Source of the DNA: Pseudomonadota bacterium
Lineage (GTDB): Archaea > Thermoplasmatota > SW-10-69-26 > JACQPN01 > JAJPHT01
Length of the DNA: 64,000 nucleotides
Direction: 5' to 3'
Assembly (NCBI GenBank): GCA_021325135.1
Contig: JAJPHT010000045.1
Span: 28,205 to 92,204 of the forward strand
Shown here one piece after another: positions 1 to 9,946 of the stretch; within the stretch, counting starts at the first letter, position 1, and the number at the start of each line of letters is the position of its first letter. The notes beneath the pieces were generated by a model. The model did no database searches, had not been told where the DNA came from, and saw nothing but the letters and a program-made list of their open reading frames with translations. The position numbers and the translations under genes are program-made.

Positions 1-1229
1 AGGGCCTCGTCATGGAGCACCACGCCTTCAGCGCGCCCCACGTGCTGACGCTGAAGCTTTCCAGCGGCTACAACGTGGGCGTCGCCGTGGAGGGCGCCTC
101 GCTGCGGCTCGCGCGCAAGGTGCCCGCCCGGGAGCGCGCGCCCAAGTCCACGGCGGCCCGCGATGGGCTTCCGGTGGTGAGCATCCTCGCCACGGGCGGC
201 ACCATCGCGTCCTACGTCGACTACCGCACCGGCGCCGTCCACCCCGTCACGAGCCCCGAGGAATTGGCCAGCGCGGTGCCCGAGCTCGCCCACACGGCGA
301 GCCTGCGCACGCGCATCGTGTTCAGCATGTTCTCGGAGGACCTCCAGCCGGAGCACTGGCAGAGGATCGCCCGCGAGGTCAAGGCCGAGTTCGACGCCGG
401 CGCCCACGGCGTCGTCGTCACGCACGGCACGGACACCATGCAGTTCACCGCGGCCGCGCTCTCCTTCTTCCTCCACGACCTGCCCGGCCCCGTCGTCCTC
501 GTGGGCGCGCAGCGCAGCAGCGACCGCCCTTCCAGCGACGCCAGCATGAACCTCCACGCCGCGGTGGCCGTCGCCGCGGGCACGCGTCTGGGCGAGGTCG
601 TCGTCGTCATGCACGGCGACACCAGCGACGCGAGCTGCCTCATCCACCGCGGCACGCGCGTCCGCAAGATGCACACGAGCCGCCGCGACGCGTTCCAGTC
701 CCTCAACGCGCTCCCCCTGGGCCGCGTCGACTTCGAGGCGAATCGCCCGGTGGTGCGCCTCACCGAGCCCCACCGCCACGCGGGCAAGGGCCCCGTGCGC
801 GTGGACGACGCGATGAACGAGCGCGTCGCCATGATCCAGAGCTACCCCGGCCTCTGGCCCGACCACATCGAGAGCGTCGTCCTGGACGGCGTCGTCCTCG
901 TGGGCACGGGGCTGGGCCACGTCGCGGAGCGCACCTTCCCCGCGATGGAGAAGCTCCAGCGCGAAGGCAAGTTCGTCGTCATGGCGAGCCAGTGCTTGAG
1001 CGGCCGCGTCAACATGAACGTCTACTCCACGGGCCGCGACCTCCAGCGCCTGGGCGTCATCCCCGCGGAGGACATGCTCCCCGAGGTCGCCTACGTCAAG
1101 GCCATGTGGGTGCTCGCCCACGCGAAGACGCGCGACGAGGCGCGGCGTCTCTTCCTCACCCCCATGGCGGGCGAGATGGACGAGCGCACCGACGTCGAGG
1201 CGTTCCCCCGGCCGGAGGTGGCGCAGTGA
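1..1229 (+). CDS. gatD: Glu-tRNA(Gln) amidotransferase subunit D (5' end probably upstream of the window)
   Basis: Asparaginase-type motifs ATGGTIAS, HGTDT, GAQRSSDRPSSD and KMHTSRRDAF; N-terminal KLSSGYNVG motif; adjacent to gatE; the frame is open back to the window edge. Confidence 0.95.
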   Translation, partial: GLVMEHHAFSAPHVLTLKLSSGYNVGVAVEGASLRLARKVPARERAPKSTAARDGLPVVSILATGGTIASYVDYRTGAVHPVTSPEELASAVPELAHTASLRTRIVFSMFSEDLQPEHWQRIAREVKAEFDAGAHGVVVTHGTDTMQFTAAALSFFLHDLPGPVVLVGAQRSSDRPSSDASMNLHAAVAVAAGTRLGEVVVVMHGDTSDASCLIHRGTRVRKMHTSRRDAFQSLNALPLGRVDFEANRPVVRLTEPHRHAGKGPVRVDDAMNERVAMIQSYPGLWPDHIESVVLDGVVLVGTGLGHVAERTFPAMEKLQREGKFVVMASQCLSGRVNMNVYSTGRDLQRLGVIPAEDMLPEVAYVKAMWVLAHAKTRDEARRLFLTPMAGEMDERTDVEAFPRPEVAQ

Positions 1230-3145
1230 GCGCGCCCGACTACGCAGCCCTCGGCTTCAAGGCGGGCCTGGAGATCCACCAGCAATTGGACACGCCGAAG
1301 CTCTTCTGCCGCTGCCCCAGCCGCCTCGACGAGACGGAGGCCGTGGACGTGGACTTCCAGCGCCAGCTTCGCCCCACCGCCAGCGAGCTTGGCGAGATCG
1401 ACCGCGCCGCCGTGGAGGAGGCGCGCAAGGCGCTGCGCTTCGAGTACGTGGGCGAGCGCCACACGGCGTGCCTCGTGGAGATGGACGAGGAGCCGCCCCA
1501 CGCGCTGGGCCACGAGGCGCTTCTGGCAGCGCTCCAGATGTCTCTGCTGCTGAAGGCCAAGCCCGTGGACGAGGTCCACGTCATGCGCAAGATCGTGGTC
1601 GACGGCAGCAACACCTCGGGCTTCCAGCGCACGAGCCTCCTGGCCACCGAAGGGCTCGTGGAGGCCAAGGAGGGGCCCGTCCGCATGGCGACCTTCTGCC
1701 TGGAGGAGGACAGCGCCCGGAGGCTCGACCGCGTCGGCAACCTGCAACGCTATCGGCTTGACCGCCTGGGCATCCCCCTGGTGGAGATCGCGACGGAGCC
1801 CGACCTCAAGGGGCCCGCCCACGCGCGCGAGGTCGCCGAGGCCATCGGCAGCGCGCTGCGCGCCACGGGCAAGGCCAAGCGCGGCATCGGCACCATCCGC
1901 CAGGACCTCAACGTCAGCATCCGCGAAGGCGCCCGCGTCGAGATCAAGGGCGTCCAGGAGCTTCGCCTCATCGAGCCCGCCGTCGAATGGGAGGTCCGTC
2001 GGCAGGCCCACCTTCTTGATATCAAAAAGGAGCTTCTCGCGCGCGGCGCCAAGGCGTCCGACTACGAGCGCCCCGTCGTCGACCTCACCGAGGGCTTCCG
2101 CGCGAGCAACGCCAAGATGATCGCCGGCGCCATCGCCTCCGGGCAGGGCGTCCACGGCGTCAAGCTCCCGCACCTCGCGGGCCTCCTGGGCAAGAAGAGC
2201 GACGAGGCGATGCCCCCGCCCCGTGTCGGGCGCGAGCTGGCCGACTACGCCAAGGTCAAGGCCGGCGTCAAGGGCATCTTCCACAGCGACGAGCTTCCCG
2301 CCTACGGCATCGCGCAGGCCGAGGTCGACGCCGCGCGCCAGCGCCTGGGGTGCGGACCCCACGACGCGTTCGCCCTCGTCGTGGAGAAGCGCGAGGTCGC
2401 CGAGGTCGCGCTCCAGGGCGTGCTTGCGCGCGCGGCGCTGCTGCTCCACGGCGTCCCCGAGGAGACGCGCGACCTCAACCCCGACGGCACGTCGCGCTAT
2501 CTCCGCCCCCTGCCCGGCGGCGCGCGCATGTACCCCGAGACGGACGTGCCCCCGCTGCGGCTGGACGCCGCCATGGTGGAGCGCATCCGCGCGGACCTGC
2601 CCGAGACCATGGCGCAGAAGCTGGAGCGCTTCCCCAAGCAGCACCGCGACATCTCCGAGGAGCAGGCGCGGCAGATCGTCCGCGGCGAGTGGGACCGCGA
2701 GTTCGAGGCCCTGGTGCAGGCCACCGGCCTCGCCAAGGAGGCCGCGCGCCTTCTGCTGAGCACGCTGCCGGAGCTCGTGGCCAAGGGCGTCCCCGCCGAG
2801 CGGCTGACGCTGGCGCGCATGCTCGACGCCCTCACGCGCGTGAAGGAAGGCGCGTTCGCCAAGGAGGCGCTCCCCGGCGTGCTCGAGGCCATGGCGCGGC
2901 AGGGGATCGGCGCGCAGCAGGCCGCGCAGGCCCTCGGCCTCGGCGGCCTCGACAAGGACGCGCTGCGCCGCGAGATCGACGAGGAAATCTCCAAGAACGC
3001 CGCGCTCGTCGCGAAGCAGGGCCTCCGCGCCGCGGGCCCCCTCATGGGCCCCATCATGGCGCGCCACAAGGGGAAGGTCAGCGGCGCCGAGATCAGCGCG
3101 CTGCTGCAAGAAAGGCTGCAGCTGTGGATCGAGCACTCCCGGTAG
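1226..3145 (+). CDS. gatE: Glu-tRNA(Gln) amidotransferase subunit E
   Basis: GLEIHQQL, KLFCRCP, MRKIVVDGSNTSGFQRT, RQDLNVSI and RPLPGGARMYPETD motifs; GTG start overlaps the gatD stop (GTGA). Confidence 0.95.
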   Translation: MSAPDYAALGFKAGLEIHQQLDTPKLFCRCPSRLDETEAVDVDFQRQLRPTASELGEIDRAAVEEARKALRFEYVGERHTACLVEMDEEPPHALGHEALLAALQMSLLLKAKPVDEVHVMRKIVVDGSNTSGFQRTSLLATEGLVEAKEGPVRMATFCLEEDSARRLDRVGNLQRYRLDRLGIPLVEIATEPDLKGPAHAREVAEAIGSALRATGKAKRGIGTIRQDLNVSIREGARVEIKGVQELRLIEPAVEWEVRRQAHLLDIKKELLARGAKASDYERPVVDLTEGFRASNAKMIAGAIASGQGVHGVKLPHLAGLLGKKSDEAMPPPRVGRELADYAKVKAGVKGIFHSDELPAYGIAQAEVDAARQRLGCGPHDAFALVVEKREVAEVALQGVLARAALLLHGVPEETRDLNPDGTSRYLRPLPGGARMYPETDVPPLRLDAAMVERIRADLPETMAQKLERFPKQHRDISEEQARQIVRGEWDREFEALVQATGLAKEAARLLLSTLPELVAKGVPAERLTLARMLDALTRVKEGAFAKEALPGVLEAMARQGIGAQQAAQALGLGGLDKDALRREIDEEISKNAALVAKQGLRAAGPLMGPIMARHKGKVSGAEISALLQERLQLWIEHSR

Positions 3146-3219
3146 GGAGGGCTCGAGAGGCCGATCCCGACGAGCGCCCAAGGGGCGCGAGGAGAGGCTT
3201 CGGCCGGATCGCCGCGCAC

Positions 3220-3244
3220 CCGGCCAACTGATCAGGTTGGCCGG
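3220..3244. terminator. Hairpin between convergent genes (possible terminator)
   Basis: ccggccaac-tgatcag-gttggccgg, a 9-bp perfect stem. Confidence 0.3.
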
Positions 3245-3349
3245 GGAGCGGGTCTGCGCATCGTTTGCAGCGGGCAAGGCCGGGCTGCAGGCAAGCGTGC
3301 GGCGGCGGGCGGGATATCGTTTTGGCCAGGGGCCCTGGGGACCTGGGCC

Positions 3350-4918
3350 TCACGCGGGCGCCGAGAGCAGCGCGGGGTCCAGCGGCGCGCCGCCGGTCAC
3401 CGCGTTGACGTACCCCTCCGCGGCGCCCACGAAGGGGACGTACACGAGCTCCAGCGCGGCGGGCGCGTGCGCCACGGCGCCGAGGCCGCGCACCTCGTGG
3501 AGCAGGGCCGCGTTGGGCGCGGGAGCCGGGAGGAACTGCGCGCGGCTGCCCGCGTCGAGGAAGTGCGTCGGCGCGCGGCGGCGCATGGCGTCCAGCAGCG
3601 CGGGGCCGTCGGGGTCGGGCTTGCCGGTGAGGGCGTTGACGAGGACCTCGCCCTCGCCCCACGGCGTCGCCACCGGGAGGACCCAGTGCGGGAGGAAGAC
3701 GAGGCGCTTCACGGCGGAGAGGCCGCCCGCGTCGAGCACGCGCGAGAGGGGCGGCGCCATGGCGGCGGCGGGCGCGAGGACGCGGCCTTCGGGGCGCGAG
3801 CCGGGCGGCTCGCTCAACATGCGCGTCGCGAGGAGGCCGCGCAGGCGCTGGCCCTTGAGCGTCGCGAGGATCGCGTGCTCCTCGCCGTTGAGGTCGCGCT
3901 CCAGGAGCACCGAGGCGAGGCGGCTGGCCTCCTCCATGAGGACGCTGCGCTCCTCCAGCGTCGCGGCGCCCTGCGCCTCGCGGAGCATCGCGTTGAGGCG
4001 CCGCTCCAGGCGCACTCCCGCGTCGCTCCACGAGAAGACCAGCGCGTGGCAGCAGGGGCCTTCGAGCCACGCGCGCAGGCGGCGCGCCTCGGCGGCGTCG
4101 CCGCGCACGTCCAGGTGCGCGCCGCGGGCGAGGGCGGGGAACGCGAGGCGCGAGGCGCGCACGCGCAGCGCGGGGGAGAGCGCGCCCTCCGCGCGCGGCG
4201 GCAGGCGCACCACGAGGGCGCTCCCGTCGCGCTCGCACGAGGCGCCGTTCTCGGTGAGCGCGGCGGCGAGGGCGTCGAGGTCCGCCTCGGCGTGGAGGCG
4301 GTCGCGGGGGCGCAGCGGAAGGGTGGCGAGGTCGAGGAGCGCGACGCCTGCGAGGCTCCAGCCGCGGACGAGGTGCCGGGGGAGCCGGCCCGGCGCGTCG
4401 AGGACGACGCGCAGCGTCAGCGCGAGGCCGGCGCGCTTCCCCGACGCGTCGAACGCGCGCTCCAGCGCGGCGAGGCGCGCGCCCGCCAGCAAGGGGGCGA
4501 GGAGCGCGGCCGCGAGGCCCAGCGTCCAGCCCCACGCGCCGCTCGTGGGCAGCAGCGCGAGGACGGGGCCGCCCCACGGGGCGAGGGCGTGGCCGGCGAC
4601 GGCCAGCACGAGGGCGAGGGTCCCGGCGAGGCCCGCGAGGGTGAGCCACGCGCCGCCGCGGCGGCGGGCGGGGACGAGGAGGGCGAGCGCGAGGAGCGCG
4701 GGAAGCGCGATCCACGGCGCGAGGGCGAGGCCGCCGACGCGCCCGTCGAGGCGGCCCGCGAGGAGGCCTGCGGCGCCCCACACGGCCACGGCCCCCGCGA
4801 CGCAGGCGAGGAGGCGGGCGCGGGCGACGAGGGAGGGGCCGCTGGAGCCGGCGAGGCCGCCCGGGGGGCGCGGCGCTTCATGGAGGCGCGACGTGCCGGC
4901 GAGCGGGCTCCAGGCCAT
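3350..4918 (-). CDS. Hypothetical membrane protein
   Basis: Several N-terminal TM segments; C-terminal duplicated motif LV(F/Y)xP...VNA(L/V)TG; start uncertain (ATG at 4918 chosen). Confidence 0.6.
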   Translation of the reverse strand: MAWSPLAGTSRLHEAPRPPGGLAGSSGPSLVARARLLACVAGAVAVWGAAGLLAGRLDGRVGGLALAPWIALPALLALALLVPARRRGGAWLTLAGLAGTLALVLAVAGHALAPWGGPVLALLPTSGAWGWTLGLAAALLAPLLAGARLAALERAFDASGKRAGLALTLRVVLDAPGRLPRHLVRGWSLAGVALLDLATLPLRPRDRLHAEADLDALAAALTENGASCERDGSALVVRLPPRAEGALSPALRVRASRLAFPALARGAHLDVRGDAAEARRLRAWLEGPCCHALVFSWSDAGVRLERRLNAMLREAQGAATLEERSVLMEEASRLASVLLERDLNGEEHAILATLKGQRLRGLLATRMLSEPPGSRPEGRVLAPAAAMAPPLSRVLDAGGLSAVKRLVFLPHWVLPVATPWGEGEVLVNALTGKPDPDGPALLDAMRRRAPTHFLDAGSRAQFLPAPAPNAALLHEVRGLGAVAHAPAALELVYVPFVGAAEGYVNAVTGGAPLDPALLSAPA

Positions 4919-4990
4919 GCGGCTCCATCTCCGGGGTCGCACCATAATCGTTTGGAAACGCTTCTTGGCGGGCGCCGCCATGCCGCGCTC

Positions 4991-5452
4991 GTGGCGGAGC
5001 GGCGCCTGGTGAACGTCATGGTGTTCGCGGCGCGCCCGCTGCGCGTCCTCCTGCTGCGCCGCCCGCCGGAGCGCGCCGCAGGGTGGCAGTCGGTGACGGG
5101 CCGCGTCGAGCCCGAGGATGCTCACGGCCCCGCGCCCGCGATGCTGCGCGGGCCCCCCGCGACGCCCGAGGTCCCCACCCTCGTCCGCGCGTGCCTCCGC
5201 GAGATCGCGGAGGAGACGGGCCTGGGCCCGCCGCTGGAGCTCATCGACCTGGGGCGCGAGTCGTCGTTCGTCGGGTACGACGGCGTGACGTACCGCCAGC
5301 GCACGTTCGCGGCCCGCTACGCGGACGCGACGCCGCCCCTGCACACGCCCGAGCACGAGGAGGGGCGCTGGGTGGGGGCGGAGGAGGCGATGAGGCTCTT
5401 CACGTGGGAGACGGACCGCGAGTCGCTGCGCGCGCTCCTGGCGGCCTGGTGA
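4991..5452 (+). CDS. NUDIX hydrolase (NudB-like)
   Basis: VLLLRR, WQSVTG and REIAEETGL motifs; GTG start; Nudix box interrupted by a Pro-rich insert. Confidence 0.8.
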   Translation: MAERRLVNVMVFAARPLRVLLLRRPPERAAGWQSVTGRVEPEDAHGPAPAMLRGPPATPEVPTLVRACLREIAEETGLGPPLELIDLGRESSFVGYDGVTYRQRTFAARYADATPPLHTPEHEEGRWVGAEEAMRLFTWETDRESLRALLAAW

Positions 5453-5473
5453 GGCGGGCCTCGTCGCGCGGGC

Positions 5474-5698
5474 TCAGACGGAGAGGATGCCGTGGACGTG
5501 GATCGACTCCACGCACCCCAGGAGCCAGTCGCTCCAGTGGGGCAGGACGTCCAGGCCTGGCACGGGGCAGAGGATGTCGACGCAGACCGTGACCACGTCG
5601 CAGAGGGGCGAGCTTGCCCTGAGGTCCGCCTCCGCCGCCGCGAAGGGGGCGGGGAGCAGGAGCGCGAGGACCACGCCGAGGGGGAGGAAGCGGTTCAT
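5474..5698 (-). CDS. Small secreted Cys-containing protein (74 aa)
   Basis: Signal peptide MNRFLPLGVVLALLLPAPFAAA; four Cys in the mature part. Confidence 0.6.
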   Translation of the reverse strand: MNRFLPLGVVLALLLPAPFAAAEADLRASSPLCDVVTVCVDILCPVPGLDVLPHWSDWLLGCVESIHVHGILSV

Positions 5699-5860
5699 GG
5701 GGGCACGTCGCGCCCCGACGCGCCCCGCGGGGGATCAACTCCGCCCTGCCCCTGGGGGGACGGACGAAACGCGGCTCTCCGTCGTTGCGTCGGTCGCGCC
5801 CCTTCTCCGGCCGGGCTCTAGCTTTATGTCTCCCTGGGTGGGTCGGCAGAAGGGCAGGCC

Positions 5861-8500
5861 ATGGCTCTGGACGTCGATCGCGCGCTGGGCAAGGCCGTCT
5901 CCCGCGTCTTCACGTGGAGCGTGCGCCACGCGGCCGTCGTGGTGGCGGTCTACGTCGCCATCACGCTGGCCTTCGCCTACGGCCTCACCGAGATCCAGGT
6001 CCGCTCCACGGACTACGACCTCATGCCGGACAGCCACCCCTCGGCGCAGGCGAACTACGCCGCGCTGGACAAGATCCCCGGCTTCCGCAACGCGGACACG
6101 CTCTGGATCGAGGTCTCCAACGCCACCGTGTGCGACAACGGACCCCAGGGGCAGAACTGCCATCGCGACAACATCACGTCGCCCAACAGCGTGCGCGCCG
6201 CCGAGGAGGCTGCGCAATACATCCAGGCCCGCGTGCCGGAGATGAAGTACGTCATCGACCTGCCCTACCTGGCCAAGCTCATCAACTACACCCTCTCGGG
6301 GCAGCCCGACCCCGCCAACGCGGTGGTCTGCAGCGCGCCGGGCGCCTCGCCCGTCCCCGTCCCCGTGCTCCCCGGAGGGCCCGCGGCGTGCGATCCCAAC
6401 AAGCCGCCCCTGAACCCGCCCAACGAGTCGGCCTTCGCGCTCCCCGGCGACGACCTCACCCTTACCCGCGACCTGGACGTGCTGGAGCAGGCCGCGCCCG
6501 ACGTCATCGCCGCGCAGACCAACGAGAAGTACACCGGCGCCATCATCGTCTTCATCTACGACGTGAACGTCACCAAGGAGGGCCCCGAGAAGGTCGTCCC
6601 CGTCGCGACGCGCTTCGTGCACGCCGCCATGGAGTGGCGCGAGCAGGGCTGCCCCAACATGGCGCAGAAGAACCTGCTCAACAACGGGCCCGCGTTCGAC
6701 TGCTCCAAGACCTACATCCTGGGCCAGTCCATCAACGGCCACTTGACCGAGCTGGCGCAGAGCGACTTCCAGACCTTCGCGCCCATCGTGTTCATCGCGA
6801 CGTTCTTCGTGCTCGTCGTCGCGTTCACCGACGTCACGTCCATGCTCATCGCCATGGTCTCGTTCTGCATGGGCCTCGTGTGGACGTACGGCCTCATGGG
6901 CTACCTCCACATCCCGCTGACGTTCTTCGGCCTCCTCATCGTGCCCATCACCATGGGCGTCGGCAAGGAGTACGCCATCTACGTCACGAACCAGTACATG
7001 GAGTACGTCGCGAGCGGGCGGAGCAAGGACGAGGTGTGGCGCATGGTGGGCCGCCGCGCGGGCGCCGCCCTGGCCATCGCGACCGTGACCAGCATCTCGG
7101 GCCTCGTCGCGATGTACTTCGCCGGCTTCCACATCATGCGGGACCTGGCGTTCCTGTGCATCTTCGCCTTCGCGTCGCTCTTCTTCCTCTCGGTCATGTT
7201 CATCCCCGCCGCGCAGGCGTTGAGGCGCCGGCAGGCGAAGCCCAAGCCGTTCAAGCCCAGCCTCCTCATGGGCGCCGTCGCGCGCGGCATCAGCAGGAAC
7301 CGCACCGCGGTCGTCGTCGTCACGGTGATCCTCACCGGCGCCCTCTACTACGAGAGCACGAAGCTGGAGGAGTACTTCGGCATCTCCGGCGGCTTCCGCC
7401 AGGGCGACTACCTGGAGGAGAGCTACAAGTTCTACAACACCGCGCTGGGCGGCTCCGGCACCGAGCTGGTGGTCATCAAGGGGGACATCGCCGACTGGAA
7501 GACGCTCCAGTACCTCACGAGCCTCGACGCGAGCCTCGTCGCCGACAAGGAGCACGTCCCCAAGTCCAGCAACGTCGCCTCGCTCATGCTGGGCCTGCGC
7601 ACCTACTACGACCTGCGCAACGGCCTCACGAACCCGGCCATCCTCACCGAGAAGGCCAAGAGCGACCCCAACTTCAACGTCCCCCACGACGCCGCGGCCA
7701 TCCGCCACGATATCAAATTGATGTACAACTCCACCGTGTGGGCGCCCCTGGTCGCCATCTTCGTCTCGCCCGACGCGGATTACGCCGTCACGCACACGTT
7801 CTACCACATCGCCAAGGAGGACTTCGCCGGCCTCCAGGGCGACTGGGACGCGCTCAACTGCGACGTGGGCAACCCCGAGCAGTCCAGCTCGCCCTGCGCC
7901 ACGCAGGGCCCCCAGAAGCCCGACACCGTGAAGTCGGTCAACCTCGTGGGCACGCAGGACACGTTCTACCTCTTCGTCAAGTACGGCCTCCCGTGGCTCG
8001 ACTACGTGAGCTACATCGCGGCGGGCCTCACGTTCGTCATCGCCTTCGCGGTGCTGCGCAAGCCGCGCGACGTGCTCGCCGTCATGGTGCCCATGGTCGT
8101 CGCCGGCGTCTGGTGGCTGGGCCTGCTGCCCCTCTTCGGCATCGAGAAGTCCATGACGCTCATGCTGCCCACCGTGCTGCTCATCAGCGTGGGCTCCGAC
8201 TACGCCATCCAGTACGTCTGGAACTACCGCGAGGTGGGCGACATGGAGGAGGTCTACCGCACGACGGGCAAGGCCAACCTCTACGTCGTCATCGCCACCA
8301 TCATCGCGTTCCTCCTCTTCGTGCCCATGAAGCTCGTGCTGTCCAGCCAGGGCGCCCTCGCCGCCGCGCTGGCCATCGGGTGCATCTTCCTGAGCACGAC
8401 GCTCCTCGTGCCTCTCTTCTACCCCGGCGCCGGCCGCGGCGAGCGCGTCACCGTGCGCGAGGTCGAGGAGGACGCCGTGACGCTGCCGGTGACGCGGTAG
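5861..8500 (+). CDS. MMPL/RND family transporter
   Basis: Two repeats of a TM helix, a large extracellular loop and a TM bundle; GVGKEYAI and SVGSDYAI motifs. Confidence 0.85.
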   Translation: MALDVDRALGKAVSRVFTWSVRHAAVVVAVYVAITLAFAYGLTEIQVRSTDYDLMPDSHPSAQANYAALDKIPGFRNADTLWIEVSNATVCDNGPQGQNCHRDNITSPNSVRAAEEAAQYIQARVPEMKYVIDLPYLAKLINYTLSGQPDPANAVVCSAPGASPVPVPVLPGGPAACDPNKPPLNPPNESAFALPGDDLTLTRDLDVLEQAAPDVIAAQTNEKYTGAIIVFIYDVNVTKEGPEKVVPVATRFVHAAMEWREQGCPNMAQKNLLNNGPAFDCSKTYILGQSINGHLTELAQSDFQTFAPIVFIATFFVLVVAFTDVTSMLIAMVSFCMGLVWTYGLMGYLHIPLTFFGLLIVPITMGVGKEYAIYVTNQYMEYVASGRSKDEVWRMVGRRAGAALAIATVTSISGLVAMYFAGFHIMRDLAFLCIFAFASLFFLSVMFIPAAQALRRRQAKPKPFKPSLLMGAVARGISRNRTAVVVVTVILTGALYYESTKLEEYFGISGGFRQGDYLEESYKFYNTALGGSGTELVVIKGDIADWKTLQYLTSLDASLVADKEHVPKSSNVASLMLGLRTYYDLRNGLTNPAILTEKAKSDPNFNVPHDAAAIRHDIKLMYNSTVWAPLVAIFVSPDADYAVTHTFYHIAKEDFAGLQGDWDALNCDVGNPEQSSSPCATQGPQKPDTVKSVNLVGTQDTFYLFVKYGLPWLDYVSYIAAGLTFVIAFAVLRKPRDVLAVMVPMVVAGVWWLGLLPLFGIEKSMTLMLPTVLLISVGSDYAIQYVWNYREVGDMEEVYRTTGKANLYVVIATIIAFLLFVPMKLVLSSQGALAAALAIGCIFLSTTLLVPLFYPGAGRGERVTVREVEEDAVTLPVTR

Positions 8501-8649
8501 CCCCCTCCGCCTGACGAAAGGCCCGAATGCTCAAATAGGGGCTCCGAAATGGAGGGACGCCCTGGGGCGCGATCCCAAGGGATGGCGGCTCCGGTCTGCT
8601 GCCTGCGCTCCTTCGCTGGACGCGGGCGGATCGCACGCATGGACCAACT

Positions 8650-8722
8650 GGGGTGGTAGATCAGTTGGGAGATCGTCTGACTGAAGATCAGAAGGTCGCC
8701 GGTTCAAGTCCGGCTCACCCCA
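8650..8722 (+). tRNA. tRNA-Phe (GAA), intronless, CCA not encoded
   Basis: Acceptor stem GGGGTGG/TCACCCC plus discriminator A; D arm GATC/GATC; anticodon arm TCTGA-CTGAAGA-TCAGA; T arm GCCGG-TTCAAGT-CCGGC. Confidence 0.95.
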
Positions 8723-8821
8723 CTAGCTTTTCTCCGTTTTCTCGCTCCGCCTGATCGATCAACCCACCCCGGGCGCCCACAGGCGAAAATAACAAGCTCG
8801 CCGCGCGTGTCCCGTGGGGCG

Positions 8822-9304
8822 ATGATCACCCCCACTCCTTGGGAGGCCCTGGGGATCGCTGCTTCCCTCGCGACCCTCGCGGCATTCCCGTCTGTCCTCC
8901 TCGCCGCCAAGGGTTGGGCAGAGGTGCGGCTGACGGTGGGGCTTCTCATGGTCGCGGCTGCGGTTCTGCCCCTGCTCCTGGCGTGCGTGCTGCTCCTCTT
9001 CGGAAGCGGCCCGGTCTGGGCCCCTCGGGGCGGCGTCCTCCTGGCCGACGCGTGCATCGTGGCGCTTGCGTCGTTCATCTACGTGGCGGTGGACGACGGG
9101 AACTGGGCGCAGCACGAGGCGCAGATCATCGTCTACTTCCGTCTTCAGGCGGCGACCACGGTCCTGGGCACGACGTTCGCCTTCGCGACGCCCTCCGGCG
9201 CATGGCCCGCGCTGGTGGCCATGGTCGTCGTCCAGGTGCTGGGCCTCTTCATGGAGACGTTCGCCGTCGCGCACCCTCCGCGGCGGGGGCGGCTCGTTCT
9301 CTGA
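8822..9304 (+). CDS. Hypothetical multi-pass membrane protein
   Basis: About five hydrophobic segments; ATG at 8822. Confidence 0.6.
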   Translation: MITPTPWEALGIAASLATLAAFPSVLLAAKGWAEVRLTVGLLMVAAAVLPLLLACVLLLFGSGPVWAPRGGVLLADACIVALASFIYVAVDDGNWAQHEAQIIVYFRLQAATTVLGTTFAFATPSGAWPALVAMVVVQVLGLFMETFAVAHPPRRGRLVL

Positions 9305-9314
9305 TCGCCGGGCG

Positions 9315-9782
9315 TCACGGCCCGGGGGCGCTGCCCGTCGCGGCGTGCCCCTTGGCCAGCTCCCGCAGGAACGCCCCGTACTGCTCGCGCTTCTCGAACG
9401 ACAGCGGCAGCCCCTGGTAGCCGCAGCGGGGGCACACCTGCTGGGAGAGGAGCGTGCCGCCCCCGGCGAAGGCGCCGTCGCGCACGGTGGCGGGGCGGAT
9501 GCCCAGGTAGCCGCAGTCGGGGCACGCGGTGAGGGGCTGCGGGAGGTCGGCAAGGGTCGCGTCGTCGACGGGCGGGACGGGGGTCTTGGCGAGGCTGCGG
9601 GCCACCTGCTCAGGCTCGGGCCGGGGGGAGGTGGGGCCGGCGGCGAGCCCTCGGGCGCCCACGGCGGCGAGCCCCAGCGCGAGGGCACCGAACCAGAGCC
9701 CCGTGGCGACGCTCCGTCCCAGGAAGGCGAAGAAGGCCGTGAAGGCGAAGAGGCCGGCCAGGACGAGGAGGACCGAGGCCAT
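9315..9782 (-). CDS. Membrane-anchored zinc-ribbon protein
   Basis: Two N-terminal TM helices; CPDCG and CPRCG pairs. Confidence 0.7.
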   Translation of the reverse strand: MASVLLVLAGLFAFTAFFAFLGRSVATGLWFGALALGLAAVGARGLAAGPTSPRPEPEQVARSLAKTPVPPVDDATLADLPQPLTACPDCGYLGIRPATVRDGAFAGGGTLLSQQVCPRCGYQGLPLSFEKREQYGAFLRELAKGHAATGSAPGP

Positions 9783-9946
9783 GGTGCGGTTCAAGCGAAG
9801 CTCTCCCTGCGTCGCGAAGAGGCGCGGGCCGCCTTGGCGCCGCCGTACATACTGTAGGCACCCGGGCGGTCCTCCGACGCGCATAGGGTGAAAGGACAAC
9901 CCTGAGAACCCCTCGCACGCCTGCGCGGCGTGGGAGGCCACCCGCC

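Noticed and set aside
8501-8557. Hammerhead-ribozyme-like CTGACGA...GAAA core
   Set aside because: Only two stems can form, the base of stem II is mismatched, and there is no third stem or NUH cleavage site
8650-9304. Genomic island integrated at tRNA-Phe
   Set aside because: No duplicated tRNA 3' end and no adjacent integrase seen in the window
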